38,534 bases of DNA from Chrysochromulina tobinii (lineage: Eukaryota). The DNA lies in contig JWZX01002673.1 of assembly GCA_001275005.1 (NCBI GenBank), positions 1 to 38,534 on the forward strand. The letters run 5' to 3'. The notes under the pieces are model-generated. The model was not told the origin of the DNA. It worked only from the letters and a program-made list of their open reading frames with translations, and ran no database searches. Every line of letters begins with the position of its first letter. The stretch's first letter is position 1. The translations under genes were made by a program, and so were the position numbers. Positions 20,472 through 30,300 of the stretch are shown here, in pieces.

Positions 20472-21758
20472 TCAAAGCAAGAACTGGCCATCGGTCCGAA
20501 AGCCAAGCGAGAAGCTCGGCTCGGGCGCACTCCCGGGGCTGGGCAGCAGCGCCTCCGTGTGGTGGGCCCACGCGCGTGGGAAGTAGAGCACGTCGCCGGG
20601 CCGGAGCACCGCCTCGAGCGGCGTGGCGATAGCGTCGAGCGCCGCCGCACTTAGCCCATCGGGAGGAGTCGACCCTGTGATGTCCACCATGAGGCGTCGC
20701 GCGAGGGGCGACGTAGCCGGGTACGGCCGGAGCGCCTCGAGCGCGTCCGCGGGCCAGAGCAGTAGCCGCTTCTCACCGCGTACCTGGGCCAGGTACGAAT
20801 CCGTCTCGTCGTAGTGCAAAGGGCTCAAAGTGCCTGGCGATGAGACCCAGAGACGCCCTAGAGGCGTCGTCGTGAGTGGATGCCGGCGCAGCCGCGCCAG
20901 CAGCTCGCGTGGCCCGGGCCATCCACGCTGCCGCTGCCGCTGCTGCTGCTGCCGCCGCCGCTGCGGCTGCTGCTGCTGCTGCTCGGGAAGGAAGCTGAAG
21001 TCAAGCTCGCGCATCATCGAGTACGGCGCGAGAGCCTGCAAGTAGCAGCGCTCGCCCGCGCCATACATAAGGGGCGAGCGGCTGGCGCGACCCACGTGTA
21101 AGCGGTCGGCGAACTCTGCGACGTTCATGATCGTGGTGCGCGACGGCGGAACCACCGCACCAGAGCGCACGTCCGGGTGAGACTCACGGCAGAACGTGAC
21201 GCAATTACTTGGTGCCACACGCACCATCGCACGCTGCATCGAACGCACCAGGCGCGGCAACGACCATGACCGGAGCGCTGGCCACTGAGCGCCGACACCT
21301 CGGAAGAGCACGGGTGCGTCACGCTTACTGACCGCAGCCCAAGCCGCAGCCAGCGCTTCCTCGCGAGCCTCGCCCGGACGGCAATCGAAGGTTTGCACGG
21401 GCACAGATGGCGTCACCCACAGCTCAGGAAGCTCGTCCGTGATGAGTACGCCGCTACGCGAGCGGCTTCTGCCCACGGAACGAGTCCCTTCCAGCAAATC
21501 CTCGGCTTCGGGCGGGACCAAATTGGCCAGCTCGTGCCGTGCCAAAGCGGAGAACTTGCTCAGCCGCAGGCCATCAGCAGCAGCCTCCTCCATCAGCCGA
21601 TAGCATGCCACGGTATACCCAGCGCTGACGCACTCGAGCATCAGGCGCTCGTACGCGGATGAAGACACGTGCCGACCTCGATGTCGAATGGCTGCGATCG
21701 CGCTGAACGCGGCACCGATGTCGGATGGCAGCTCGCGAGCCGGGAAAAGCCACATCAT
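20472..21758 (-). CDS. JmjC-domain (cupin-like, JMJD5/7/FIH-type) 2OG oxygenase with an N-terminal PPR-like motif
   Basis: PVLFRG...WPALRSW; LWVS.PGTLSPLHYD..DSYLAQVRGEKR; LRPGDVLYFPRAWAHHT, giving an intact HxD...H triad. The first ATG is at 21758. Confidence 0.88.
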   Translation of the reverse strand: MMWLFPARELPSDIGAAFSAIAAIRHRGRHVSSSAYERLMLECVSAGYTVACYRLMEEAAADGLRLSKFSALARHELANLVPPEAEDLLEGTRSVGRSRSRSGVLITDELPELWVTPSVPVQTFDCRPGEAREEALAAAWAAVSKRDAPVLFRGVGAQWPALRSWSLPRLVRSMQRAMVRVAPSNCVTFCRESHPDVRSGAVVPPSRTTIMNVAEFADRLHVGRASRSPLMYGAGERCYLQALAPYSMMRELDFSFLPEQQQQQPQRRRQQQQRQRQRGWPGPRELLARLRRHPLTTTPLGRLWVSSPGTLSPLHYDETDSYLAQVRGEKRLLLWPADALEALRPYPATSPLARRLMVDITGSTPPDGLSAAALDAIATPLEAVLRPGDVLYFPRAWAHHTEALLPSPGSAPEPSFSLGFRTDGQFLL

Positions 21759-21898
21759 GCCACACAAAGCGTCGAGCGCGCACAATGAAAAAAAGTTCTA
21801 AAAACGACCTTGGTGTTTCCCGCCTGGAGAGGGCCGCTCGCTTGCGGATCCAGCGGACCCCATACGGTTGTGGTCGTCGAGTTCGTCAATGGAGTGCA

Positions 21899-23017
21899 AT
21901 GGCAGAGAAGACTGTGGCTTTGACGATGGCCGACTGCGTCAGCTACGGAACATCGCAGCCGACCGCCTCGGTTCCTTCTGTCCTCTTCTACCAGGAGTAC
22001 TTTGGTCACGACGTGCACCTGCTCGAGCAGTGCCATGAACAATTGCGCTCAGGATCGCGGGCGTGCATCTTCCTTGCGGGAGACAGCAGCCTCGACAACA
22101 AGTTCTGGTTCAACTCCGCGACGGAGGCGATCAACGGTTACGAAAGGGTACTGCGGCCGCCGCGAATGAAACAGGACGTGTGCTACTGGATTAATGCAGA
22201 GCTCGTGCGGCGCGGCCTCGGGACGCAGCACTTCTGCCTAAATGCAGCTGTCGAGGCCACTTCGCTCAACAGTCGCTCGTGCTGCACGCTGCTGCCTCAG
22301 GATGCACTCATTCGTGACAAGCTTTCGGCCAAGGACACGCTGATCGTCTCCATCGGCGGCAACGACCTCGCTCTCAACCCGGTGCTCGCGACAATCCTCA
22401 ATATCGTGCCGCTACTCTGCTGCACGCCCGAGGTGTGCATCGAGAAGTACGCGTGCGCGTGCCCTCCGAACCTGCATGTCGACCTCGGCTGCTGCGGCTG
22501 CGGCTTGCCCGGCTGCATGGTAAGCGCCTTCGGCTGGCCGCCCGGCATGGCCTACTTTGTGGACCTTTTCAAGAACCGCATCGAGAACTACATCAACCAC
22601 ATACTGAATGGGCGTAAGCCCGCGCTCGTCGTCGTGTGCATGTACTACTTTTTGGATGTGCACGGGCGCGGCTCGTGGGCGGACGGCTTCCTGTCGGCGA
22701 TGTGCTACGACTGTGCGCCCACGCGCCTGCAGGCGGCCATCAAGCAAATATTCGCACTTGCCACCTCACGCATCCAGATCGACGGCGGCCGCGTCCGAGT
22801 ACTGCCCTTTCCGCTCTTCGAGGCCCTCGACGGCAACGACACCGAGGATTACGTGCAGCGCGTGGAGCCGAGCGTGCGCGGTGGTGCCAAGATGGCGTGT
22901 GCGCTCGTCGATGCTGTCTTCGGCTCCTTCGATGGAGCGAGCGGGGGCGGCGCTGCCGCCGCCAGCGCCAGCGCGGCGCCAACCAACGCCGCCATGATCG
23001 GTGCGCGGGTCTGGTGA
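21899..23017 (+). CDS. SGNH/GDSL hydrolase-like protein with a Cys-rich insert
   Basis: Block I IFLAGDSSLDN; block III SIGGNDL; block V region DYVQRVEPS..GG.KMA. Start taken at MAEKT. Confidence 0.75.
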   Translation: MAEKTVALTMADCVSYGTSQPTASVPSVLFYQEYFGHDVHLLEQCHEQLRSGSRACIFLAGDSSLDNKFWFNSATEAINGYERVLRPPRMKQDVCYWINAELVRRGLGTQHFCLNAAVEATSLNSRSCCTLLPQDALIRDKLSAKDTLIVSIGGNDLALNPVLATILNIVPLLCCTPEVCIEKYACACPPNLHVDLGCCGCGLPGCMVSAFGWPPGMAYFVDLFKNRIENYINHILNGRKPALVVVCMYYFLDVHGRGSWADGFLSAMCYDCAPTRLQAAIKQIFALATSRIQIDGGRVRVLPFPLFEALDGNDTEDYVQRVEPSVRGGAKMACALVDAVFGSFDGASGGGAAAASASAAPTNAAMIGARVW

Positions 23018-23168
23018 GAACTGTAATGAACCGGTGTCAAGCAGGATGCATGTAGTCAATTAGGTGCTGGTGCTCTGCGAGTACATAGATGTAGCCTCCG
23101 AATACTTATGATTTAACGGTCAGAAAACGTCGAATATGCGCGCGATCAGTCTGCGACGATGACACTCC

Positions 23169-23639
23169 CTATAGCGATGACTGCATCGCGTGGAGCAGCG
23201 GCTCGATCGACGATGCGGGATCTGGCGAGCCGGCAGCAGCAGCGGCGACGGCGGCAGCCGCGACTCCAGAAGTGGTGGACTTCGTCATTCCGGCAGTTGC
23301 GGCAGTCTTTGCGGCAGTGCTCATCAGGTCCGCAGTCTGGCGGAGGGCTGCAGCGGCGTCCGTCATGGGCGGCGGCGGAACAGTAGGGTTACACATTGCG
23401 TCCAATGCGCTCATGCCGCCAGCATCAAAGTCCATCTCAGCTGGTCCTCTCTTTTCAGGGTCGAGGGCCCGCTCGAGCTGGTAGGCGAATGGCATGGTAA
23501 CGGAGGCCATCGCCACACAGCGCGCACGCCACCTTGCACACACGGGCCGCTCCACCGTGACAGGTACCAATCCTGACGACGGATAAGTGACAAGCGCGCC
23601 AATAAGTGCGTGGCGAAAGGCTGCCGATGAGGCTGTCAT
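23169..23639 (-). CDS. Hypothetical protein, possibly with a signal and transit presequence
   Basis: ATG 23639 is followed by hydrophobic ALIGALVTY and Arg-rich RPVCARWRARCVAM. It lies head-to-head with PSF2. No recognisable domain. Confidence 0.4.
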   Translation of the reverse strand: MTASSAAFRHALIGALVTYPSSGLVPVTVERPVCARWRARCVAMASVTMPFAYQLERALDPEKRGPAEMDFDAGGMSALDAMCNPTVPPPPMTDAAAALRQTADLMSTAAKTAATAGMTKSTTSGVAAAAVAAAAAGSPDPASSIEPLLHAMQSSL

Positions 23640-23790
23640 GAATACCCCATTGTGCTCGTACATGTATCCGGAAAAACCAAACGAACCTGACGAACTCGTG
23701 AACCACACAGCTTTATCCTGACGAACTCGGGCACTGCTTTGCTTTTCAACTGGGTGTTCAGTTGACATTTCTTGACTTGACTTGCGTTGA

Positions 23791-23798
23791 TTTCCCGC
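23791..23798 (+). promoter_or_regulatory. Canonical E2F site TTTCCCGC immediately upstream of PSF2
   Basis: Exact TTTCCCGC ending 8 nt before ATG 23807. Confidence 0.4.
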
Positions 23799-23806
23799 GG
23801 CACCAT

Positions 23807-24505
23807 ATGGCCGCTCTCGCCCTCGCCACGGGCTTGCCGTTCTCCGCGGAGGAAATCGCCTTTCAGGCTGGCGACCAGGAAATCACCATCCAGGCAACAG
23901 CGAGGCTCCCGGCGCTGCAGCTCATGCATGGCGAGATCCCGGAAATCAGCGCGCTCCAGCAGCAGCCGGTGCCGCTGTGGCTCGCGCTATGGCTCAAACG
24001 GCGTGGCAAATGCCGCATCATTGCGCCCGACTGGCTGCATCCGGAGGCACTCGAGGAGAAGCTCGCCGAGGAGAAGCGCAGCGCAAACACCTTTGCGACT
24101 ACGCCGTACCACTACCTCGAGATAGCATATGAGCTGCTCAACACGGCAGAGGATGACCTGGAGCGCCTCGACCCCAACCGCATCCGCGTGGCACTGGCAG
24201 ACCTGGAGGACACGCGCCGCGCCAAAATCGGACGCGGCTTGCGCACCATCGATCAGACCGTCGATCACATCAGGCTGCCGGACATTTCTGCCACGGAGCT
24301 CAACAGCATCCGCGGTGTCGCCACAGGCGCGCTGGACTCGCTACGGAAGCTCGAGGGGCTCGGCAGCGGCGGCGCCGGAGACGGCGGCGATGGCGGAGGC
24401 GGCGGAGGCGGAGGCGGAGGCGGAGGCGGCGGCGGCGGCGGCGGCGGAGGAGGCGGAGGCGGCAACGCAAGGCTGCAGGATGCGCTGAAACGCAGGCGGG
24501 CATAA
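23807..24505 (+). CDS. PSF2: GINS complex subunit Psf2 (GINS2) with a poly-Gly C-terminal tail
   Basis: EEIAF.A..QEITI, VPLWLALWLKRRGKCRIIAPDWL, YHYLEI..LL, DLEDTRRAKI and DISATELNSIR match Psf2. Confidence 0.95.
   Translation: MAALALATGLPFSAEEIAFQAGDQEITIQATARLPALQLMHGEIPEISALQQQPVPLWLALWLKRRGKCRIIAPDWLHPEALEEKLAEEKRSANTFATTPYHYLEIAYELLNTAEDDLERLDPNRIRVALADLEDTRRAKIGRGLRTIDQTVDHIRLPDISATELNSIRGVATGALDSLRKLEGLGSGGAGDGGDGGGGGGGGGGGGGGGGGGGGGGGGNARLQDALKRRRA
24392..24463 (+). repeat. GGC/GGA poly-Gly coding repeat
   Basis: Uninterrupted run of Gly codons at the 3' end of PSF2. Confidence 0.9.
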
Positions 24506-24943
24506 CACCTGCGCAGCATGCTGACTCCAAGGATGGAGTGAGTGGAGTCTAGCCAGGGAGTCTAGCCAGGAGTTCCCGACGGGGCGTGCTTCTGCGGAGA
24601 GAGCCTGCGGTTTCCGAGCTTGGTCACGCGGCGCGTATGCTGCGTGAGTGTTCGACCGCACGTATACCGGCCCAGGCCGGCCTTGATCGGCGAAAACGAC
24701 GGCACGCCCGACCGGCAACACCGCCCGCGCGGCGCGATGGCCGACACCGTTTCCGGACGGGAGAGAGGACATCGCGCGCGCCGTCTGACACTGTTGAAAC
24801 ACCACATAGGGTTACCGCCTCCTGAGTAGTGAAACCCGCTCGCCGGGCTCGCCGCGCTCGCCCGCTCTAACGCCCGCTCCGGCGCGGCCGGCCCGCCGGC
24901 CCCGGGCCCGCGCCACGCGCCGCGCCGAGGCATTGGGTACTAT

Positions 24944-25385
24944 TGTAGTCCCGTGCGGCCGTGCGGTCCCGTCAAGTCGAGCCCTCGCTCGACTTAACAA
25001 CATGCGGTAAGTAAACAACGCCAACTGTGGCAGCGTACTACACGTCCTCACGTGGCGAGGGGGTCTCCCCCGCAGGCATACGAAGCGTGTACGGTGTTAA
25101 CAACATGCGGTGCTTAACCGAACCGGGGAGAAACCAGAAACGGACGGGACACCCCTTTCATGTTTCAAGTCCGAACTCCCGATCGCAGGCTCGAGGCTCG
25201 GCGGGATAACCGGGGCCGGTACACGACATACCACGGGATAATGACAATATCGCGATCTTCATCAACCGATGGCACCTTTTACTGTCTTTAAGTCTAATAC
25301 AATATCTGCCCACGCGCAGCCCCAGCAGGGGCCACGGCGAGTGAGTCCGCTCCACTTTCAGCCGAGCCTTAACTGATCTGTTACA
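24944..25385. mobile_element. Candidate solo-LTR-like or other non-autonomous element relic
   Basis: Begins TGTAG and ends TGTTACA. Flanks are CTAT and CTTT (one mismatch). Contains a 15-nt direct repeat and two hairpins. Non-coding, with lower GC than the neighbouring genes. Confidence 0.25.
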
Positions 25386-25624
25386 CTTTATCTTCAACGT
25401 TCCTCATCGTGGGAGGAGCGCTCCGCCCAACGGCAAGGGAGCGCATCTCTCAACACTTCGATGAGGCCGACCGTGCGACCTCGCGCCGCCGGCGCGGGCG
25501 GCGCATGGCATGAATCCTACGGGAGAGCTGCCGTCGGGCGCGGGGTGGCTGCCACCAGACTGGTGGGGCGGCCACCGCCTGCGCCCCACGGCAAGGCTAA
25601 ACGGGCCGCTCACCAGAGCGCTCG

Positions 25625-26539
25625 TCACCAGAGTGGGGAGAGCGGGGGAGGGGTCGTATCTCGCTGCTTCGGGGGATGATACTCGTCGCGGAGCTGCGGG
25701 GACGCGCCGAGTTGGAGGAAGTGCGCCACGCCGTCCTCGGGCCGGCGCTCGAAAAGGATCGATGGTACTTTGTGCTGCAGCTGCGGCGAGCGCCTCGCCG
25801 CAGCCATGGCCGTCTTGCAAGGGCCACCGATGAAGGTAAGGGGTTCCTCTGAAACTAGCTCGAGGCATGCCTTGTTCCGTTGGCTCGCGCGAGTCATCCT
25901 TCGCCCCGACTGCCACTCCGACGCCAGTCCACTCTGCCACTCGTTATCGAAGTCCTGGGGCGTTGACGTGCCGTCCGAGTCTGCATACGACGAACGGCGG
26001 TTCGGGTCTGGGGATGGGATGGGCGAGATGAAGAGCTCGCCCAGCTCTAACTCGTCATCCAGCGCCAGCCCCAGCTCGTTGTCCGTCAGTTCGTTGTCCG
26101 TCCCAAGGAGGAGGCTCGCTGTGCACGCGAGCGACGCCTTGTCCGAGCTAGAGCTTCTGCTGCGTCGACCGGACGCAAGGGGTGACGGAGCTCCGGACTT
26201 GGCTCCCTTTGCCCGACTCGATTGATGATTTGGGCTTTGGCGGCGGTGAGGCTTAGGGCTCAGCGCGGGGCTCTGGTTCGGAGAAGCGCGCGTGCTGTCG
26301 GTCTGGCGCCTACGAAGCTTGGGGCTCGATACCGAAGAAGCGCCCACGTCGTCGTCGGTATTTGCGGACTCATTGGGAAGGTGCGGGGAACAGGTTTCTG
26401 ATTCTTGATCGGAGAATCTCACGCTGGCGCTCGCGCCCGGCGTGGGCGAGCCTCGTCCCAGGAAGGGTGACCGCCTTAAGGGAGAGGCCAGAGCTTCTTC
26501 TCCACATTGCTGGCCGTCCTCAGCGAGACGCCGCGGCAT
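25625..26539 (-). CDS. Ser/Pro/Arg-rich, likely disordered hypothetical protein
   Basis: Open frame from ATG 26539 with many SP sites (SPLRR, SPKLRR, SPKPHR) and an acidic block. No recognisable domain. Confidence 0.55.
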   Translation of the reverse strand: MPRRLAEDGQQCGEEALASPLRRSPFLGRGSPTPGASASVRFSDQESETCSPHLPNESANTDDDVGASSVSSPKLRRRQTDSTRASPNQSPALSPKPHRRQSPNHQSSRAKGAKSGAPSPLASGRRSRSSSSDKASLACTASLLLGTDNELTDNELGLALDDELELGELFISPIPSPDPNRRSSYADSDGTSTPQDFDNEWQSGLASEWQSGRRMTRASQRNKACLELVSEEPLTFIGGPCKTAMAAARRSPQLQHKVPSILFERRPEDGVAHFLQLGASPQLRDEYHPPKQRDTTPPPLSPLW

Positions 26540-27313
26540 GGCGGGGCCTGCGTGCGGTGCGCCTCCCGGCCTCGGTTGGGCCGCGCTCGACACCTCGCTC
26601 GACGGAAGATGAAACTAGGAGACGCGTGTTCAGTCTCAAGTTTCCTCGGTGGCGTCGATTCTTTTCTTCCTAAACAGGAAATATTTCTATGCGACATTAT
26701 GAGTAAGTTTCGTCACCACTACCCCGCGCTTCGTTAATTATGTCGTCCAACGTGACCTCACGATGTCCAGGTGGATCCAATCTCGCGCACAAATTCATGG
26801 GCATGCAACCGATGCTTGCGTCGATGACAGGTTCAGACAACGCCAACAGTTAGGCTACGCAGCCGCCTCACTTTTGGCAGCGACAGACACTTTACACAAG
26901 TCACTAAGGACGACGCGACACTGCTGACCAGACACAGTCGGTTGCACCCCACAACACTCACGAGTCATTACCATAACCATTAACGAAATGTGGCTGTCCG
27001 TTCCGAGACAGCCGCATCACGCATCGCGCCCGAAAGCTAATGCCACCGGCTAAGCTCAGGGCGCGTGTGCGTGTGACAGGTTGCTTTTCACTTTGCATGG
27101 ACGTCGACTTTTTCGAAATCTTTAACCGACGGAACGTCATCTTCGGTGCTCGTGGCATCGATCGTGTTGTAGCAGAACGACGACGAGGTAACTAACATTG
27201 GAAAATGACTGCATGCATGCAACTGACCAAACTAGGAATTCGAACTCCTGATTTTGACGCAACCGTTCCTTCGGACGCCGGTTTGACAAACCGCTGTATT
27301 CTAAGCCATTGTG

Positions 27314-30300
27314 ATGGCGCGCGTCACTTTACGCATCGCCGTCGCGTCCCTCATGAGCCTCGTGCTCGTGCAGATGAGCTGCTACTGGCACGAGCAGTCG
27401 CCGCCACTACCAACGGCTGTCGTCCTGGAGCCACTGCCGCTGCTGCGACCCGACCAAGATAGTGATCCGGCACTGAAACCGCCGCCTCAGGTCTTGAATC
27501 ACCGCAACGCGCGAAACACCCTAAATCGGTCGTTAAGGAAGGCCTGGGCCGTGACGCCACCATCGACAAATCCGTCTCCGCCATCGTGGCCTCCGCCATC
27601 GCCCGCTGCACAGGCAGCGGTGCGTCCAGCACTCCTGCACCTCCGCCGCCATGAACGCGCAGGGCCAAGGACCATCGCAGTTGGTGCTCGCTCAGGCTTG
27701 CATATGGTAGGCCCGACGACGTTGCTTGGAGACCTGGTTGCATCGCGCGGTTTGATTGCAGCTTATCTGGCCGCCAGGGCTCGCCCGATGGCGCTTCTCA
27801 CCACCGAGAGCCACTCGCCGCTGCCGCCGCTGCTGCCGCCGCGCCCTGGATTCAGGTCGACCAGCTGCCGCTCTCCGCGCCTCGCCGCGTGCCTCCTCGG
27901 CGCCGCCTCCTCGTCAGCGGCTAGCAGAAAGCCGTTGGCGAGTTTGCACACGCCGAACGGCACGGTGTCGCCACACGCTCGCTACAGTACGCTTCGGTTG
28001 CTCATCCACTCAATCGCCCATCGGACGGAGCCGCTCGCGCTCAGTACGCAGCTTGCTGAGATACGGCTGTACGAGGGCGGACGGCGCCTGTCCATCGCGT
28101 CGGCCGTCGCCATTGGAGGCGACGGCCCCGCGGATCTTGGCGCCGCGCGTGCCGTCGACGGCAACTATAACACCAAGTGGGCTGACGCAGCGGTGCTGCA
28201 TGGCGATGGGAATGCCTCGATACTTGAGCTGCGGCTGCATGCGCCGGCACGCGTGACGTCTTATGAGCTGGTGAGCGCGGACGACCAGCCGAGCCGCGAT
28301 CCGGCGAGTTGGACTCTCTGGGGCACCGCCGCCGTCTCCACTGCCGCGGCTGCCGACACTACCGCCGCCACCGCCGATGCCTCGGAGTGGTGGCTCTTAG
28401 ATGCTCAACTACCGTACGCTGGGCGGCGGCCTGGCCGGCTGAGTTCATTTGGTCGGCTGCCCACGCACGGCGGCCGTGCTGCGGATGAGGCCGTTGCGTT
28501 TACCAGCTGGCCCCTGTGTGGATCTCCCGAGCACCTCGATATGCCCACCACGGCGCCCACCCTGCCCACCACGGCGCCCAATGTGCCCACCACGGCGCCC
28601 ACCCTGCCCACCACGGCGCCCAATGTGCCCTCCCCGCTCATGCTGATCGACGAGCTCGGCGCCGCCTCTGCTGCTCCCTCCCTCGGTATGCAGACGCTGG
28701 GCACCTTCGAAGGCCGCGTGGCCGCCCTTGTGCCCTCCGCCGCCGTGGCCGCCGTCACACTCTTTGAGTCCGCCGCCTTCGACGGCCGAAGGCATACGCT
28801 GCCGATGACTGGCGTGCCGTGCCGTCTGCCACCAAGCGTGCGCCCACGCGTGCGCTCACTGCGCATCCAGCTGCGAAGCGACGTCGCACGGCTTCTCTAC
28901 CCCGCGGGCGCCCAACACGGCGCACGCACGGATCTCGCGACGGGCGAGATGCAAGGGCAGGCGACACTGGGTAGGGCGGCGGCAGCACCGACGGATGCAG
29001 CACCGACGGGTGCAGCACCGACGGTTGCAGCGTCGGCGACTCCCGCGGCGACGGCGCGTTACCTGGATCTGGACGAGGAGGTGCCGAGCGTGGCTGATGG
29101 CGCCACCGCGCTCTGCCTCGGCGCACGCGTGAGCGGCGCCCTACTTTTCCCACAGCGTGCTTACGGTGGGTCGCCCCTCATCTTATGGCGCCGTGGTGGG
29201 CAGCGCCGTGGTGGGCATGCTCGTGCACACGCGGACGGCGCGCCCACCACGGCGCCCACCGCCGGGGAGGTGTGCGTACACCTACCGCGCCGCGTACAGT
29301 CCGTGCGCACGGTCGGCGATGATGGCGCACTGCTGCTGCCCACCGACGAGCCGGCTGACGGCGCAGCCCTCGTGATCCGTCGCTCGTTCCCTTTTGCCAC
29401 GCGGCTCGAGCACCCCACACTCACGCTCGCCGCTGCCTCCTTCTCCTCCTCCTCCTCTTCCACCACCACCACCGCCACCGTCTCCTCCACCTCCTCCCCC
29501 TCCTCCTCCTCCTCCTCCGCTGCCTCCGCCTTCGAAAGCCGGCGCATCCGCGCCGTCCTGGGCAGCGCCGTGGTGGGCAGCGCTCCTCCGGCGGTGACGG
29601 TTTCGCTCAAGGCCATCTGCCTCGGCACCTCCGTGCGCTCATTGGACGTCTATGCACTGGCGCGCTGGTCGGGCCGTCTGGAGAGCGTGCAAGGTTCGCG
29701 CGGCTGCGGCGGCGGCGACGACGACGACGACGACGAGCTGGAGGGGGGCACACACGCCACCCACTCGGCGCACGACACGACGCGATTGATTGAGCTGGAG
29801 GTGGGCTCAGTGCGGCTGCGACGCGCAGACGACGGGCTCGACTGCTCCTCGCCGGGGATACTGTGCAGCTCGGCGCCGAGGACGCGCGACATGATGCTCA
29901 ACACGACGCGCGACCGCGAGGCGGAGACGTTGCCGCTCCACGGCATGCTGCTGCCCTTCCGAGTGCCCAGCACGGCGCCCCGCGGCTTCCCGCCCGAACT
30001 CGCGGCTGGCGTGCACGGCTCCTTCCACGCGTATAACCCTTCGCTTCTCGCGCGTGCCGACGGTTCGGTCGAGTTGGTGGCGCGCTTCTCGAACTACAAC
30101 TTCTGCCAGGCGCGCCATACGTTCGAGGCCAACCTCGCAGCCGCCAATGGCGCTCTCATGAGCTACGTGCTGCGCGGGGTGCTCAACACGACAACGTGGC
30201 AGCTCGATGAGCGCGGGTTGGAGATGTGGAGTGACGTCAACGAGCGCTTCCCCGTCGCGCAGGTCGAGTCAGTCTCAGGCCCCGAGGACCCCCGAGCCAT

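Noticed and set aside
24805..24840. Hammerhead ribozyme-like string (GGGTT...CTGAGTAGTGAAACCC)
   Set aside because: The core is not CUGANGA, and stems I and II cannot form.
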